Shown: positions 36,230 to 50,285, counted from the first letter of the stretch. The stretch is 64,000 nucleotides of DNA from Cetorhinus maximus (GCF_964194155.1 NC_135891.1:100378001-100442000); one strand, 5' to 3'. The notes: a model not told the origin generated them from the sequence alone. Program-made: numbers and translations.

Positions 36230-38050
36230 TCCAGCTACTGTCTCCATATCTCCTATTCAATTGTGAATCCAGAGCGACAACTGACACTCTCCAGGCTATA
36301 ACCCAGTACTCTGTGGTGGAGTCCATGTGTGAACCACAATTGATGGGAGAGCTGCAACAAGCAATCAAATGGATGAAAAACAACAAAGCCTGCAGCACCA
36401 ATGGTTTTTCAGCTGAAATCTTCAAAGCTGGTGGGCTTTTGCTCACATCATAACGCCATGCACTCATCCTACGGAGAAGGAAGAAGAACTCCCCACCCCC
36501 TGACTTCAGGAATCTGACAAATATAATTATCTTCAAGAAGAGAGATAAATTATGCTGTGGAAACTTTTGGAGTGTTTCCCTCTTGTCCAGAGCAGGGAAA
36601 ATCCTGACACGCATTCTCCTGAATTGCCTACTTCCTGTGGCTGAGGAAATCCTGCCAGAGATACAATCTCCGACATGGTCTTTGTTGCCAGACAAATCCA
36701 AGAAAAACAATGAGAACAACACCAGGAGCAGTTCATTGACTTGACCAAAGCATTTGACTCAGTAAATCGTGAAGCTCTGTAAATTCTGCTCCAAAGATTT
36801 GGATGTCCAAGAAACGTCATCATAATCCTGCAATTGCTTCATGATGATATGACTGCAACTGTCTTGAGTGGGAGATCTGAAACTGATGCCTTTAAAATCC
36901 GGACTGGGGTCAAGCAAGACTGTATGGTAGTTCCCGTACTATTCACAATCTACCTGACAGTGGCTATTCACCTTATCAAAGATCAACTGCCCTCTGATGT
37001 GCATTAAATACTGTCTAGATGGAAAACTTTTTAACCTCAGCCACCTCCCTGCCAAAATTAAACTGTCCTCCATAGACATACATAATCTAAAGCCGGTGGG
37101 TGACTGCACTATTGTTGTGCACTCTGCATGGGTTTGGAAGCCACTCTTGAGCTCTTCAATTCTGCATACAAGAAACTCAGCCTGTTCTTGAATATTGTCA
37201 AAACAAAACTCAAATATCGACCCACTCCTGGTCAGCCAAATACTCCACCTCCCAGATATGTTGAGGGAGACTCTGGAATATGTTGAGCACTTTCCAGACC
37301 TTGGCAGCCTCCTCTCTCAAAAGGCCACCGTTGATGAGGAGCCCCAACACTGGATCAGATCAGCCTTCCACAAACTACAGCAGTGAGTGTTTGACAATAA
37401 AGACCTCCACAAGTTAGCAGAAGTACTAAATGTACAGAGCAGTTGTCGTTACCGCACTCCTGTACTGCAGTGAGACCTGAAATGTGTATCAATGGCACAT
37501 AAGAGTGAAAGAGAAATTCCATCAGTGATGCCTCCACCTCATCTGTATTCAGTGGGAGGATCGTCAAACAAATGCTCATGTCATTGTAGCCCACTCCACA
37601 AGCATTCAGATAAAATCAACTTCTATGGACTTTGTGTGTGGATGGCCAAAAAGTATCACCCCCACAGGTCCTGTTTTCTCAGCCCTCAAATGGTCAATGT
37701 TTCATGAGCGGTCAAAGAAAAAGCTTCAAAGACACTCTGAAGCTCTCCTTGAAGCATGGCAGAATTGACATTAATGACTGGAATGAGCTTCCCACCAATC
37801 GTTCAAAATGGTGGCAACTTGTCCATCCAAAGCAGCATCAAGCTTTGAGACATATCGTCTTAAAGATGAGGCAGAGAAGGAAAAACAAGGAAGTAAATCC
37901 TACACTCTGCATTCCATTGCTGGTGGATTGACATCCTGCTCCAACGTGCCCAAAGATCTATGAGCCGGGAATCGGCCTGTTCAGTCACATGAAGACCCAT
38001 GGCAGAAACTTATGAAGCCGAGTAAATGTCATCCTCGAATCGAAGGATAG
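36230..38050 (+). mobile_element. Decayed RTE (BovB-like) LINE
   Basis: AEIFKAGG, AGKILTRILLNCLLPVAEEILPE, FIDLTKAFDSVNREAL, TGVKQ, LDGKLFNL; many stops and frameshifts. Confidence 0.85.
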
Positions 38051-38249
38051 ACATTGAATTATCTCCTATTCTATCCCAGCAAGAGCTGCTATACAGACGT
38101 TCAGAACTGCACTATTCCATTGCAGCAGAGACTGATTCTACCTTTCTCTATTCCATTACTAAAGTGGATAATCCTCTCTAATTACAGCACTGATTACTCC
38201 TTTCCTGTTCTTCCCTTATCATTTTTGCTTAGGTGTCTTCTCAACTATG

Positions 38250-39040
38250 TCGTCTTGTCTCCGAGTAGAAGATTGTGGGCTCAAGTACTGTTCCAGGTAC
38301 AGCACGTAATCCAGCCACTTCAATACATTGCAGAGTAATCGCTGCACTGTATTCCAAATGAGACATTAAAATAGATTCTGTCCCTCCTCACAGATGAGAT
38401 GTAAAAGATCTTAAAACATTATTCAAAGATGAGCAGAAGTGTTCTTGTGGCTAATATTTCTCCCTCAACCACTAAAATAGCTTCAAGGTTCCAGACTCAA
38501 ATCCCACTGCAGGGATTGAACACAAAAACCAAGGCTGACAATCCAGTGCAGTACTGAGGGAGCACTGCACTGTTGGAGGCACCGTCTTTTGGATGAGATG
38601 GTAAACCCCATTTGCCTGCTTGGCTGAATGTAGAAGATCCCATGGCATTATTTCGAAGAAGAACAGTGGGGTTTATCCCCGGTGTCCTGACCAATAATTA
38701 TCCATCAATCAACATCACAAAAAATAGATTATGTTGTCGTTATCACATTGCTGTTTGTGGGAGTTTACTGTGCACAAATTAGCTGCCACTTCTCCTACAT
38801 TACAACAGTGACTATACTTCAAGAAGTATTACATTGACTTAAGTGCTTTGAGACATTCCTGTGATCAAGAAGAGCGCTATATAAATGCAAGTTTTTATTT
38901 ATCCTATTGGCCTTTGTGAGGCCTAGAATGCAAATGTATTTTTGCATTTGCCTGCATTGCTGAGTGATGACATTTCATATGCCATTCATGGCTGTGAAGT
39001 GCTTTGGAATGTCCTGAGGCATTACGTAAATGAAAGTTCT
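38250..39040 (+). mobile_element. Older DeuSINE-like copy split by a younger DeuSINE
   Basis: Head and gatgtaaaagatc motif at 38250-38480; tail ggctgtgaagtgctttgg...taaatgaaag at 38900-39040. Confidence 0.55.
38484..38898 (+). mobile_element. DeuSINE (SacSINE1/AmnSINE1-like)
   Basis: gcagtactgagggag, ggatgagatg, gatcccatggcattatttcgaagaag, cattgctgtttgtggga, tail gcgctatataaatgcaag. Confidence 0.8.
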
Positions 39041-41661
39041 TTACTTGCTTCGTATAGCACTGAATGTTTCTCTCTGCCTCTACTCCGTTACAGTAGTCAT
39101 GCTGTATGCTATTACAATGAGCACTGCTTTCTGCCTGCCTTGTAAAAACTTGTCCAGCAGAACCAGCTTGTGGCTTTGTCCTTCATGGGTTATGAATCAA
39201 GATCACTTAGAAAATAAAATCCCTCATCACAGCTGCCAACTGGCATTTTATACTCTTCCCGCAGGAAATAATAATGTAGGTGGATATCTCTGAGTACTTT
39301 ACAGCTACCATTTGTATCGTTGCAATTCTGTAGAATTTGTTCTCGGCTTTTCACGACCTTGGGGTGCAAAGGAAGGTTGACAGTTGTACTATTTGACGTT
39401 CCTCCCTCTGAAATATCAATTTCAATGATCTGTGAACCAATTTGCAGATTCCTCAATTAGTGACCATTTGAAACCAAATGATCTTTATAATTTGGTTCAA
39501 TGAGTGAAGATTGAAATTAACATTGGTGAAACCCTGCACCACTGCTGCTGTCTCACTTGCACACAGCACATATTCTACAGTTGTGGGCGTGCTCCATTTC
39601 AATCGACAATAAATCATGCTCAGTATGTCTATGCCAGTGGTGCAGGGTCTGGTAAAATTTCCCCTTAAGAGAGTCGTCAGTAGAAAGTCAGTAATGTGTG
39701 TTTGTGAGCTAATCAGACATTGTATTAAATTGACATAAAAATACCAAGCTGTACAATTCCAGATTTTGCCCTCCAGGTGGCTGGAGAAAGCATTTTGAGC
39801 TTTAAGATGGACATGCTAAAATAATCCTAATGGTGAGATTGGATTAAGTTGTATTTTATTCATATAATTTGTCATCCCACTCTGATGTTACAATGTCACT
39901 TAAAACTCAACTTATTAAGAGAGAAAGGCTGAAGAACCACCTTCAGACTGCTCTCGATATATGGTGCACAAAACGGCATTAGGATCCCCAGCAGCCAGCA
40001 ATCTAAATCCCCTCAAGGTCTCTCTTGTATCTCTCCAAAGGCACCTTTATCCCATGGATAGGGGAGTTGGGGCGTCTGCTTCCTTTGATCTCCTTCCATT
40101 AACTGCTGTCTGACAGGTTGCAGCACTCTAATGATTTTGAGGAGCCCGTGTTCTTTTGAAGTGGGCCCTTCTGCTACTTGTTTTTGGTGTTTCTTTCCCT
40201 GAGAGAATATCTTAGCCTCGGCGTTCCATTATCATTGGCCTCTGTTCTCGCGAACCTGTACATGTTGCAAGTGCAGTTACAGTTTAAAAAAAATGAACCA
40301 GCGTAAAGTACAAAGCTCCTCATATTATTCAGTTTACACAAGAAAGATGATTGAAAGCGAATGTGTGATTTTGGTTGAATCGGCTCCTGATTTTGATTTA
40401 ATCAGTTGATTGATATGTGATTCCAAGTAAAAACAGAAAGAAAATGAAAGGTTAATGTTGGTTAATCTCTGAGTTCTGATGAGGGGCTGCTCCCCAATTA
40501 TGCACCTGCCATATGTCTGGAGCTCATTAACCTGTTTTCTCTACTTCCAATGTATAATTTTGCTATTTTACTTTTTGATATCACGTTACCCACCTACAAT
40601 TAAAAAATGGTTTATCTTCTCCTTTAAATTGGATTATTCTTATTTGATTTGATATTAAAACAGCGAAATGCTTCAGTGTATATTAGTTGTACTTAGCTAA
40701 TCGCACTGCGAAAGTACCTACATTGCCACGGCTCACCACCACCTTTACCTGACACCCATACCACATGAATGAAGTAAAAACAAGCCGTTGGAAATCAACT
40801 TGAACAAAAAAGTGTTTTTTTTGGATTATTCGCAACATTTTCATTTATTACCACCTACAGGTTCAGGCATAACTGGGCCTGAATTGTGTCAGATTACAAC
40901 AGTTAATTGGTTGTGTTGATGGTTCAAAGGGGTTGTTCAGGCCATTTGGTGCCAACATGGAAACAAACTTCACCCCTGCTTTGTACAACTCCCGTGGCCA
41001 GTTTATACTGCACCTGGATAGGTTAGCAGAACATAAACTTTCTGGAACAACCCATTCAGAACATCAACTAAAGACAACGAAGCATTCAGACAATGCCTTC
41101 CTTTCTGTGTGGAGACAGACTGCGATGCTGAAAGCATCACAATACTAGCCTTCTCATTGTTGGGGGTGGGGGTGGTTGGTGTGGGTGGAGAAGGAAACTC
41201 AAAAGACTCTGGCGCAGGTACCAACTCTTCATTTGCTCCAGTACCACGATTAAAATGATCCCTTTACTCATGTAATTAGTATTTGCTCCTATGGACATGG
41301 GGTTGCCAACACTCCACAATTGGCCTGTAGTCTCCAGGTGAAGATCAATCTCCAAGACACTGCTGTGTGCAATCTTGGAGAAAAATCATCATTAAAAAAC
41401 ATTGTTTTTCTTTGAACATTTCTCTTTACCAGCTATAAAAAATATTCTAAATGGCAAAAAGGCTGTTTGGCTGGCAGTCAAGCATCATTCAATAGGTTAA
41501 TGAGTCTTTTTGCTTTCCAATTGCCCTAGGAAGGCAGCGCATCACAAGGATGGATGTGTTGACTGACTAATGACTGGCACATGGGGGAAGGTCAAATGTT
41601 GAAACCTCCAGGAATACATTTAATCACAGTTGGCAATCCTATATAGACCCAGGACAAGAAT

Positions 41662-41805
41662 GGGTTTAATTTTAATTTTTGGTGATAAAACAAACCATAT
41701 CAAACTGGCATTGAAGTCAATAGAAATGGAAACTGGTAGAGATTTGCAACTGAGGGCTTATCTCTTGTCTGTTATATATTTTTGGCCCATGTTAGAATTA
41801 CCCCC
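41662..41805. mobile_element. Short palindromic MITE
   Basis: Ends gggtttaatttt / agaattacccc; TSD AAT; central cattgaagtcaat also seen near 33685. Confidence 0.5.
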
Positions 41806-42454
41806 AATGGGTTTAATGTGGCTTTAGCGTAATTTTTTAGAACAATGTACTTGTTCAGGGGATGTGGCCATCGCTGGCTAGGCCAGCATTTATTGCCCAC
41901 CCCTGATTGCCCTTGAGAAGGTGGTGGTGAGCTGCCTTCTTGAACCCCTGCAGCCCATGTGGTGTAGGAACAGTGCTGTTAGGGAGGGAGTTCCAGGATT
42001 TTGACCCAGCAATAGTGAAGGAACAGCGATATATTTCCAAGTCAGGATGGTGTGTGGGTTGGAGGGGAACTTGCAAATGGTGGTGTTACCATGCATCTGC
42101 TGCCCTTGCCCCTTCAGGTAGAGGTCGCAGGTTTGGAAGGTGCTGCCTAAGGATACTTGGTGAGTTTCTGCAGTGCATCTTGTAGATGGTACACACTGCT
42201 GCACTGTACGTCAGTGGTGGAGGGAGTGAATATTTGTGGAAGGGGTGCCAATCAAGAGGGCTGCTTTGTCTTGGATGGTGTCGAGCTTCTTTGGTATTGT
42301 TGGAGTTGTACCCATCCATGCAAGTGGAGAGTATTCCATCACACTCCTGACTTGTGCCTTATAGATGGTGAACAGGCTTTGGGAAGTCAGAAATTGAGTT
42401 CCCCAGAATTCCCAGCCTCTGAACTGTTCTTGTAACCATAGTACTTATATGGCT

Positions 42455-42670
42455 AGGGGGTCAGTTGGCTGGATGGCTGATTTGTGATGCAGAGTGACAC
42501 CAACAGCGCAGGTTAAATTCCCATACTGGCTGAGGTCAACCATGAAGGCCCCACCTTCTCAACCTCACCCCTCACCTGAGGTTTGGTGACCCTCAGGTTA
42601 AACTCACCACCAGTCGTCTCTCTGATGAGAGAGCAGCCTATGATCCTCTGGGATTACGGAGACTTTCGTT
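42455..42670 (+). mobile_element. tRNA-derived SINE inserted in the LINE
   Basis: tcagttgg A-box-like and ggttaaattcc B-box-like motifs; opposite strand to the host; LINE sequence resumes on both sides. Confidence 0.65.
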
Positions 42671-43895
42671 CTAATTTTAGTCATTTATTTGGCTGTTCCA
42701 GTTCCATTTCTGGTTAATGTAACTTCCAGGATGTAGATAATAGGGGAATCAATGATTGTAATGCCATTGAATGTCAAAAGGAGATTGTTACATTCTCTCT
42801 TGTTGGAGATGGTCATCACCTGGCACTTGTGTGGCACAAATGTTACTTGCTACTCATCAGCCCAAACCTGAATGTTGCCCGGGTCTTGCTGCATATGGGC
42901 ACGGACCGGTTCAGTATCTGAGGAGTTGTGAATGGTGCTGAACATTGGGCAATCTTCAGCGATCACCCCCACTTCTGACCTTATGTTGGAGGAAGGACAT
43001 TGACGGAGCAGCTGAAGATGGTTGGGCCTGGGATACTACCCTGAGGAACTCCTGCAGTGATGTCCTGGAACTGAGATGACTGACCTCCAACAACCACAAC
43101 TAACTTCCTTTGTCCTCGGTACAACTCCAACCAGTGGAGAGATTTCCCCCCGATTCCTATTGATTTCAGTTTTGCTCAGGCATCTTGATGCCACACTCAG
43201 CCAAAAGGTGCCTTGCTAGCTACAGCAGTCACTCTCACCTCACCTCTTGAGTTTAGCTCTTTTGTTCATGTTTGGGCCAAGGCTGTAATGATGTAAGGAG
43301 CCAAATGACCCTGGCTGCATGCAAACAGAACGTCAGTGAGCAGGTTATTGCAGAGTAAGTGCTGCTTGATAGCACTGTTGACAACACCTTCTATCACTTT
43401 GCTGATGGTTGAGAGTAGAGTGATGGGGCAGTAACTGGGCAGGTTGAATTTGTCCTGCTTTTTGTGCACAGGACATCCCTGGACAATTTTCCACATTGTC
43501 ACGTACATATCAGTGTTGTGGCTGTACTACAACAGCTTGACTCGCAGCGTGACTACTTCTGGAGCACAAGTCTTCGGTACTATTGCCCGAATGTTGTCAG
43601 GAATCATAGCCTTTACAATATCCAGTGCCTTCAGCCATTTCTTGATATCATATGAAGCAAATCGAATTGGCTGAAGTCTGGCATCTGTGATGCTGGGGAC
43701 CTCAGGAGGAGGCCGAGATGGTTCATCCACTCGGCACTTCTGGCTGAAGATGGTTGCAAATCCTTCAACCTTGTCTTTTGCAAAGATCTGCTTGGCTCCC
43801 CCATCATTGAGGATGGGATATTTTTGGAGCCTCCTTCTCCAGTTAGTTATTTAATTGTCCACCACCATTCGCAACTGGATATGGCAGGACTGCAG

Positions 43896-44590
43896 GGGCA
43901 GAATGTTCAGGTCGGTAGGCGGGTGTGATCGGCAGGTTCGGGAGCGACCGGGGAAGGGACCGCCAACGACAATCAGCACCCCCCCCGACCACGATTTCAC
44001 ACCGGCTGGCCAGTTAACAGCCAGCCAGCGTGAAGCGTGTGCTGAAAGGCTCAGTGTTGCTGAGGTGGGGCAGGAGGAGGGCAGGCGCTGACATAGGCGT
44101 GGGCAAGCGCAGAATGAAAGCTCAGAGAGCTGAAGGCAGAGAGCTGCCTCAGGGGACTGAAGACTTCAAAAGTATTAAATAAAGATTTATAAATCAGAAT
44201 AAAAATGTCCAAGCATCACAAACAGTCACCTGAACATATACGTTATAAAAATCCTGCCCATGGTTTTTTTTTGCATTTAATAATGGAAACCTCGCCCCGC
44301 CCTTGGATGAGGTTTTATGAAAAATGCAAAGGCCACCTGGCTGCTTCGACAGTTCACCAACTGTGAGGTTGGATGGACCACGAAAAATCGGGAACATTAA
44401 CACCTTTAATGGGCTTAATGGCCCCTCTTAATTGTCAGCAGGTGTGCTTCTGAGTTTTGTGTGCACCCGCCAAGCAAAATACCACATGAGCACGGGATGA
44501 TGTCAGGATGCTCGCCCGACGCCATCACGTGCTATTTTACGCTCGAGCGCTTCTGGCACGCGCCCACATACCGACCTGAAAATTCTGCCC
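43896..44590. mobile_element. Harbinger-type MITE inserted in the LINE
   Basis: ~22-bp TIRs gggcagaatgttcaggtcggta / taccgacctgaaaattctgccc; exact TSD CAG. Confidence 0.9.
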
Positions 44591-45856
44591 CAGAGCTTAG
44601 TTTTAATCCATTGGTTGGGGGTTCACGTAGCACAGTCCATTGCACGCTGCTTTCCCTGTTTGGACTGCAAGTAGTCTTGTGTTGGAGCTTCATCAGGTTG
44701 ACACATCATTTTTTAGGTATGCCTGTTGTTGCTTGTGGCATGCCCTCCTGCACTCTTCATTGAAGGAGAGTTGATCCCCCTGGCTTGATGGTAATGGTAG
44801 AGTGGGGGATATGCTGGGCCATGAGGGTACAGATTGTGGTTGTGTACAATTGTGCTGCTGATGATGGCCCACAGCGCCTCATGGATGCTCAGTTTTGAGT
44901 TGCTAGATCTGTTCAAAATCTATCCCATTTAGCACAGTGGTGGTGCCACACAACACGATGGAGGGTATCCTCACTTTGAAGACAGGACTTCATCTCCATG
45001 AAGACTGTGCGGTGGTCACTCCTACCAATACTGTCATGGACAGATGCATCTGCGATAGGTAAATTGGTCAAGTAGGTTTTTCCCTCTTGTTGGTTCTCTC
45101 ACCACCTGCTGCAGACCCAGTCTAGCAGCTATGTCCTTTTGAACTGGGCTAGCTCGGTCAGTAGTGGTGCTACCAAGGCACACTTGGTGATGGACATTGA
45201 AGTCCCCCACCCAGGGTATATTCTATGTCCCTGCCATCCTCATTGCTTCTTCCAAATGCTGTTCAACATGGAGGAGCACTGATTCATCAGCTGAGGGAGT
45301 GTGGGGTGGGGCACAGTGGTGGAGGGTGGTATCTGGTAATCAGCAGGAAGTTTCCTTGCTTGTTTGATTCAATACCATGAGACTTCATGGGGTCTGGAGT
45401 CAATGTAGACTTTATAGCACCATGCCGTTACCTCTGGTGGGTCTATCCGGCTGATGGGACAGGACATACCCAGGACATGTCTGGGACATTGCTTGAATAG
45501 TGTGATTTTGTGTGTATGGCTATGTCAGGCTGTTGCTTGACTAGTCTAATCTATGGGACAGCTCGCCCAATTTTGGCACAAGGCCTCACATGTTAGTAAG
45601 GAGAACTGCTCAGGGTCCACAGGCTGGCTGTGCCATTGTCATTTCCAGTGCCAGGTGGTCCATTCAGTTTGATTCCTTTTAAGCTCTGTCGCAGTTTGAC
45701 ATAATGGAGTGGTTTACTGGGGTATTTAAGGGTCAACCACAAAGCTATGGATCTGGAGTCATTAGATACCATGGAAGATTCATGGTCAACATTACTGAGA
45801 CTAGCTTTTAATTCTGGATTTATTAATGAATTTAGATTCCACCAGCATCTGTGGTT

Positions 45857-45931
45857 GGATTTGAGCCCATGTCACCAGAGCATCAGCCTGGGCCTCTGGG
45901 TCACTAGTCCAGTGATATTGTCACTTTGCCA
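45857..45931 (-). promoter_or_regulatory. Pol III type-2 promoter-like A and B boxes at the LINE 5' end
   Basis: Minus strand tggcaaagtga (A box, 45931-45921) and gggctcaaatcc (B box, 45868-45857); better preserved in the SINE at 48079 and 48016. Confidence 0.55.
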
Positions 45932-46471
45932 CTGTCTTCTCTACAAGTAAAGTATAGAGGTCGTTGTGTGAAAGATATTCAGAGTCCTCTGTACATTGAA
46001 AACCTGAATAACATTCAATGGTTAAAAGAAATGTGCAATGAACAAATTTATCTGGAAATTGAATTTATTTGATAAATTTCCTTTAGGTGGAGACGAACAT
46101 GTGCACTAAAAGCCAATAAATGATTGAACCTTGTCAGAAATGGTCCATACAGCGTTTTGCTTTTCTAGGCCATTTTGAAGTATCAGCACAAGCCGCAACA
46201 CAGGGAATTTTTGCTGATATCAGACCAGTGCAGAGGTTATTGGGAAAGATTTTGACTGCAGGGGGGAGTTTGAGAGGAGGGTGGTGAAACACTCACTTCA
46301 CCCACCCAAAATGCCTGGCCAGGCCCCAGAGCCAATTTGAAGACTAGGCCTCATTTCAATAATCCCAATGAGCGATGTTATATGGCAATTGGAGTGGCTA
46401 AGCTGGAAATATTCTCATTGACAAAGAGGGAGGTAATGATGTGGGGGAGGCAGGGTGCCTGAGGGAACAAC

Positions 46472-48087
46472 CTTTTTTATTTTGTTTCTTGGGATGTGGA
46501 CATCTCTGGCAAGGCCAGAAGGCAGAATCGTCTCAGATTTGCATTAAGTGTGGTGTCAGGCGGGTAAAACGACATTTAACCCTCTGGCCACAATGGAGGC
46601 TTTTCATGCTGTAACGTCCTAAACCCAGCAAATTCATTATGCATTCCCAGGATACAAACCGTTTCGATGGCGGGCGGGCTCTGATTCACCTGCCACACCG
46701 TCACCTCGCCACTTCATCACACCAGGAACCACATTTAAAGTACAGCCCAGGACGGCAGCAAAGAAGACATGGCCCTGAAGGGCAAGAAGACTGCAGCCCT
46801 TGAGCTCCTTTTGGATGCTGTGGAGGCCCCGCTGTCCTCTACGCCCGCTCTGGCCGCAGGAGGGGCAGCCACATCACCACTCTGGATTGGTAGGCGATAG
46901 CAGTGGTGATCAGTGCCAATGCTGCACAGAAGAGGTTGGCCATCCAATGCAGAAAGAGGATGAATGATCTCATCTGTGCAGCTAGGGTGAGGCAACCATC
47001 TCATCACTCTAAACTCTCACACTCAAGCCCATCACACATTCACTGGTATCTCACTCACTGCCAGCTCAAGGGACATCACCACCCATTCTCACACACATAC
47101 CCTCATAAGTCCATCTGGCCTCATCTCCTCTTCCTCCTCTTCAGCCTAGGATACCCTCCTTCCCCAGTGCAGCCCTCGCCCTGCAGCCTCTCCCCTTTGC
47201 TGAGGCCACTTCTCCCCCTTCCCCAAGCAAGCCCTAGTGCTGCAGCCATTGAAAAGCCACCTGCATATGGCTGATCTGATAGGTAGAGACCTACCCTGTG
47301 AGCATCCCTAAAAGTGATGTGGTGCTGCCTTTGAAGCCTGGTGCTGATGACTGCAAGTGCTGACTGAAGCAAGGTAGGCAAACAAACTTTGAAGTCCCGA
47401 GTGAAGTGCAGCCCACCAAGTGCAAGCCTATATAAGCTGCTGTGAAACATGTGTTTTCCCACTGATGTGGGCGGACGATCCAGAGGTGGGTGGGGGGCGG
47501 GGGTGGGGGTTGGTGATGAGTCCAGCAGGCTGGTCTTATAATGATATGCTGATATATTACAATGAGGTTCCTGATGACCGATGGCAGAGAACGCGGCCCG
47601 GGTGGAATGACGATTGCAACCTGGTTTCATGATGTCGTGAAACCGATTTTTGGCCTTTTCGGCATATTGTCCGCTCACGCCATCAAACACGCCCGACACC
47701 AGTGGGCACGGAAAATCCCAGCCAGCATTTATTGCCCGTTCCTAATTGCCCTTGAACAGATGATGGTGAACTACCTAGAACTTAGTGGCTTGTTAGGCCA
47801 TTTCAAAGGGCAGGTAAGAGCCATCCACATTGCTGTGAATCTAGAGTGGGTAAGCTTGGCAGATTTCCTCCCATGAATGATATTAGTAAACCTAGTGGAT
47901 TTGTAATGATAATCGGGTAGATTCTTGATCATCATTCATAAGACTAGCTTTTTATTCCAGATTTATTAATTAGTTGAATTTAAATCCCTGTAGCTGCCAT
48001 GATGGGATTTGAACTCATATCTCCAGAGCATTGGCCCAGGCCACAGGATTACTAGTCCAGTAACATTACCACTATGCTATTGTTGCC
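46472..48087 (-). mobile_element. tRNA-derived SINE with LINE-type tail, split by a Harbinger insertion
   Basis: A box tagcatagtgg (48079-48069), B box gagttcaaatcc (48016-48005); tail aagggcaattagg...aataaatgctggcc...cacatccc matches the LINE 3' end. Confidence 0.8.
46520..47723. mobile_element. Non-autonomous Harbinger with Myb/SANT exon remnant (46769-46986, +)
   Basis: Ends aggcagaatc / gaaaatcccagcc; MALKGKKTAA..LELLLDAVEA...QCRKRMNDLICAAR followed by a gtgagg donor. Confidence 0.8.
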
Positions 48088-50004
48088 AAGCAATGGGTCC
48101 GATGATTTTTATAGGACCAGGAGGGACAGTCATTGGGACAGATTCTAATGTGAGTAACATTATAGCTTTAATGTTTTATGACACCAAATGTAAAACTGAA
48201 CAAAAACATTCTACACTGAGTGAAGGAGCTCGAGGAGGTGACAGAATATGAACTTGGACTTCATGTTCAGGGATAGAAAGGTGAAACTGAGATGCTGTTC
48301 GCTTTGGCTGCACACATCTCTAACCTTTGTTATTTTGACAATTTCTGCTATTTACTTTATAACTATTTAGAACTCTCCCTACCCCTCCCCCCCACACCCC
48401 TTTCCCCCACCCTCCCTTAAAGGTCTCTTCATTGTGTATTGAACTATAAAGCAATCACGTTTGTTTAAATATAATCATTGCTGACAATTATATGAAGGTC
48501 GTATTGTCAGAAGCATTTCGGAAAGGATTACAGATTATTTTCCTATTCTACAGTCTCTTGGATTTACCATTTGCACTTTTCATTATTGTACTGCCCACTG
48601 TCAGCTTAGGTAATACCTGCAATACCAAAATATGACAGTTTTATTGCCATAAATGTCAATCTGCGAGTTTTCTCAAATGGTCAATGTTTTCTGTTCTATT
48701 TTATATTTTCAGCAGTATGTGCACTCCCTCTGTACTCGCTTTCTCATTGTCTTTTACTGGGTTTGTCCTCTGATGGTTCTGGTGTTGAATTGTTACACCA
48801 CCAGCATGATTGGTTGATCATTCTCCTCAACAAGGGCTCTCCTGATGTCTGCCAGGTGTCTGATTGGTTGTGGCTCAATCAATTATTGACACTGAAATTT
48901 GTTCATTAATATTTGGGCCGAATCATCATTTGACCACATAGTTTGATAATAATTGATATTATTAATCATTAACTGTGCCACTAGCTTTCAGCCCTGCATT
49001 ATCTATGCAACCTACTCTGAATAGATAAATAATTACACTGTCATCAATTTGAGAACAACTAAAACGAATCTGCTTCATCTCCAAGTGAGCTGAAATGAGC
49101 TGGAGAAATTGCAGAAATGCAACTGCTGACCTGTATTGGTTTGGTGAAGGATTTAATACCATCCCCACTGGACCATGTTTGTCTACAATTAAAGAAAATA
49201 TCTTTGCCATTTGTCATCTAGCAAGGACACAAATATACAAAACATAGTTGCTTCACTCCCGCTACAAAAATTTAGTTTGCAAACCCAAACTTGCAGGCTA
49301 GAAAATCCTTGGTGTAGCCATCCTAATGCGCCAATCTCCCAGCCCTTTCCAGCTGCAGGCAACACGTCACATTTTTATCCCAGTTGCATTCACTGTCACA
49401 AGGATATCATTGAGACAATAACAGCTTCAACCATGATAGCCTGTCACAAATGTTGAGCAGACCATACACCGGTTTGGATGTGGAATCCAATTGCTCTTCT
49501 GTTCTGGCGTGGGGGTGTTGAGTTTTACATTACCGCTTCCCCTTCGCATTCCAATTAAAGAAGTTTCCTGATCAGTAGCCATAAAAATAGCAGCCATTTG
49601 GAATCAATACATGCTCCACTCACCCAGCTCAAAAGACATTTTGTTATTTAAGCACGGGAGTACATGAAGCCTACTCCAACCATCAGCACTTTTGTGAAAA
49701 TCCACATTGGCTACAAACTGTGTTTTATACATCAATGACTTTCCCAGCATAGTCCTGTATTTCAGCTTTCACCGAAACAATATAGATTGGTCAATGGATT
49801 AATAAACAAATACAATAGTCCATTAGCTAAAAATGATATCGGGGTATAAATTCAGTGGTAGTGAATTGGCAGTCAGTTTTGTACTCTGCCCAACTTTCTT
49901 TCCAATTAATTTCAATTAATTTCCAGTAAGAATTGGAATATTTATATTTATAACTTTTGCCCATCATAGCTATTATACTTTATTGGACACACTTTTAAAA
50001 AAAA

Positions 50005-50285
50005 ATCGTTCTCAGGATGTGGGCATTTAAAGGCAGCATTTATTGTTAGTTGCCTTGAGAAGGTGGTGCTGAGCCTTCTTCCTGAATCACTGCAGTCCAT
50101 GTGGTAAATGTACTCCCACAGTCCTGTCAGGTGGTGAGTTCCAAGATTCATCCAGCGACGACGAAGGAATGACGATGCATTTCCGAGTCTGGATGGCGTT
50201 TGACGTGGAAAGGAGCCTGGAGGTGATGGTGTTCCTACGCCCTTGTCCTTCCAAGTGATGGCGGCCATGGGTTTGGCAGGTGCAG
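50005..50285 (-). mobile_element. Older 3' fragment of the Zenon-like LINE family
   Basis: ggatgtgggc...gcatttattg...ccttgagaaggtggtg colinear with 41854-42140. Confidence 0.7.

Larger units (their letters stand above)
41854..45940 (-). mobile_element. Near full-length CR1-group (Zenon-like) LINE: tRNA-like head, APE, RT, 3' UTR
   Basis: Same family as 19095-20550; APE motifs N.xGLVPKLGEL (~45600) and WVGDFNVHH (~45200); RT PITLLSTISKVIE and GVPQGS; two later insertions. Confidence 0.85.

Noticed and set aside
40470-40575. Additional hammerhead motif (ctgatga-gggg..cccc)
   Set aside because: The GAAA half of the core is missing; at most a heavily decayed Penelope remnant.
45857-48087. tRNA genes
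   Set aside because: A and B boxes are present, but there is no cloverleaf and they continue into retroposon bodies.
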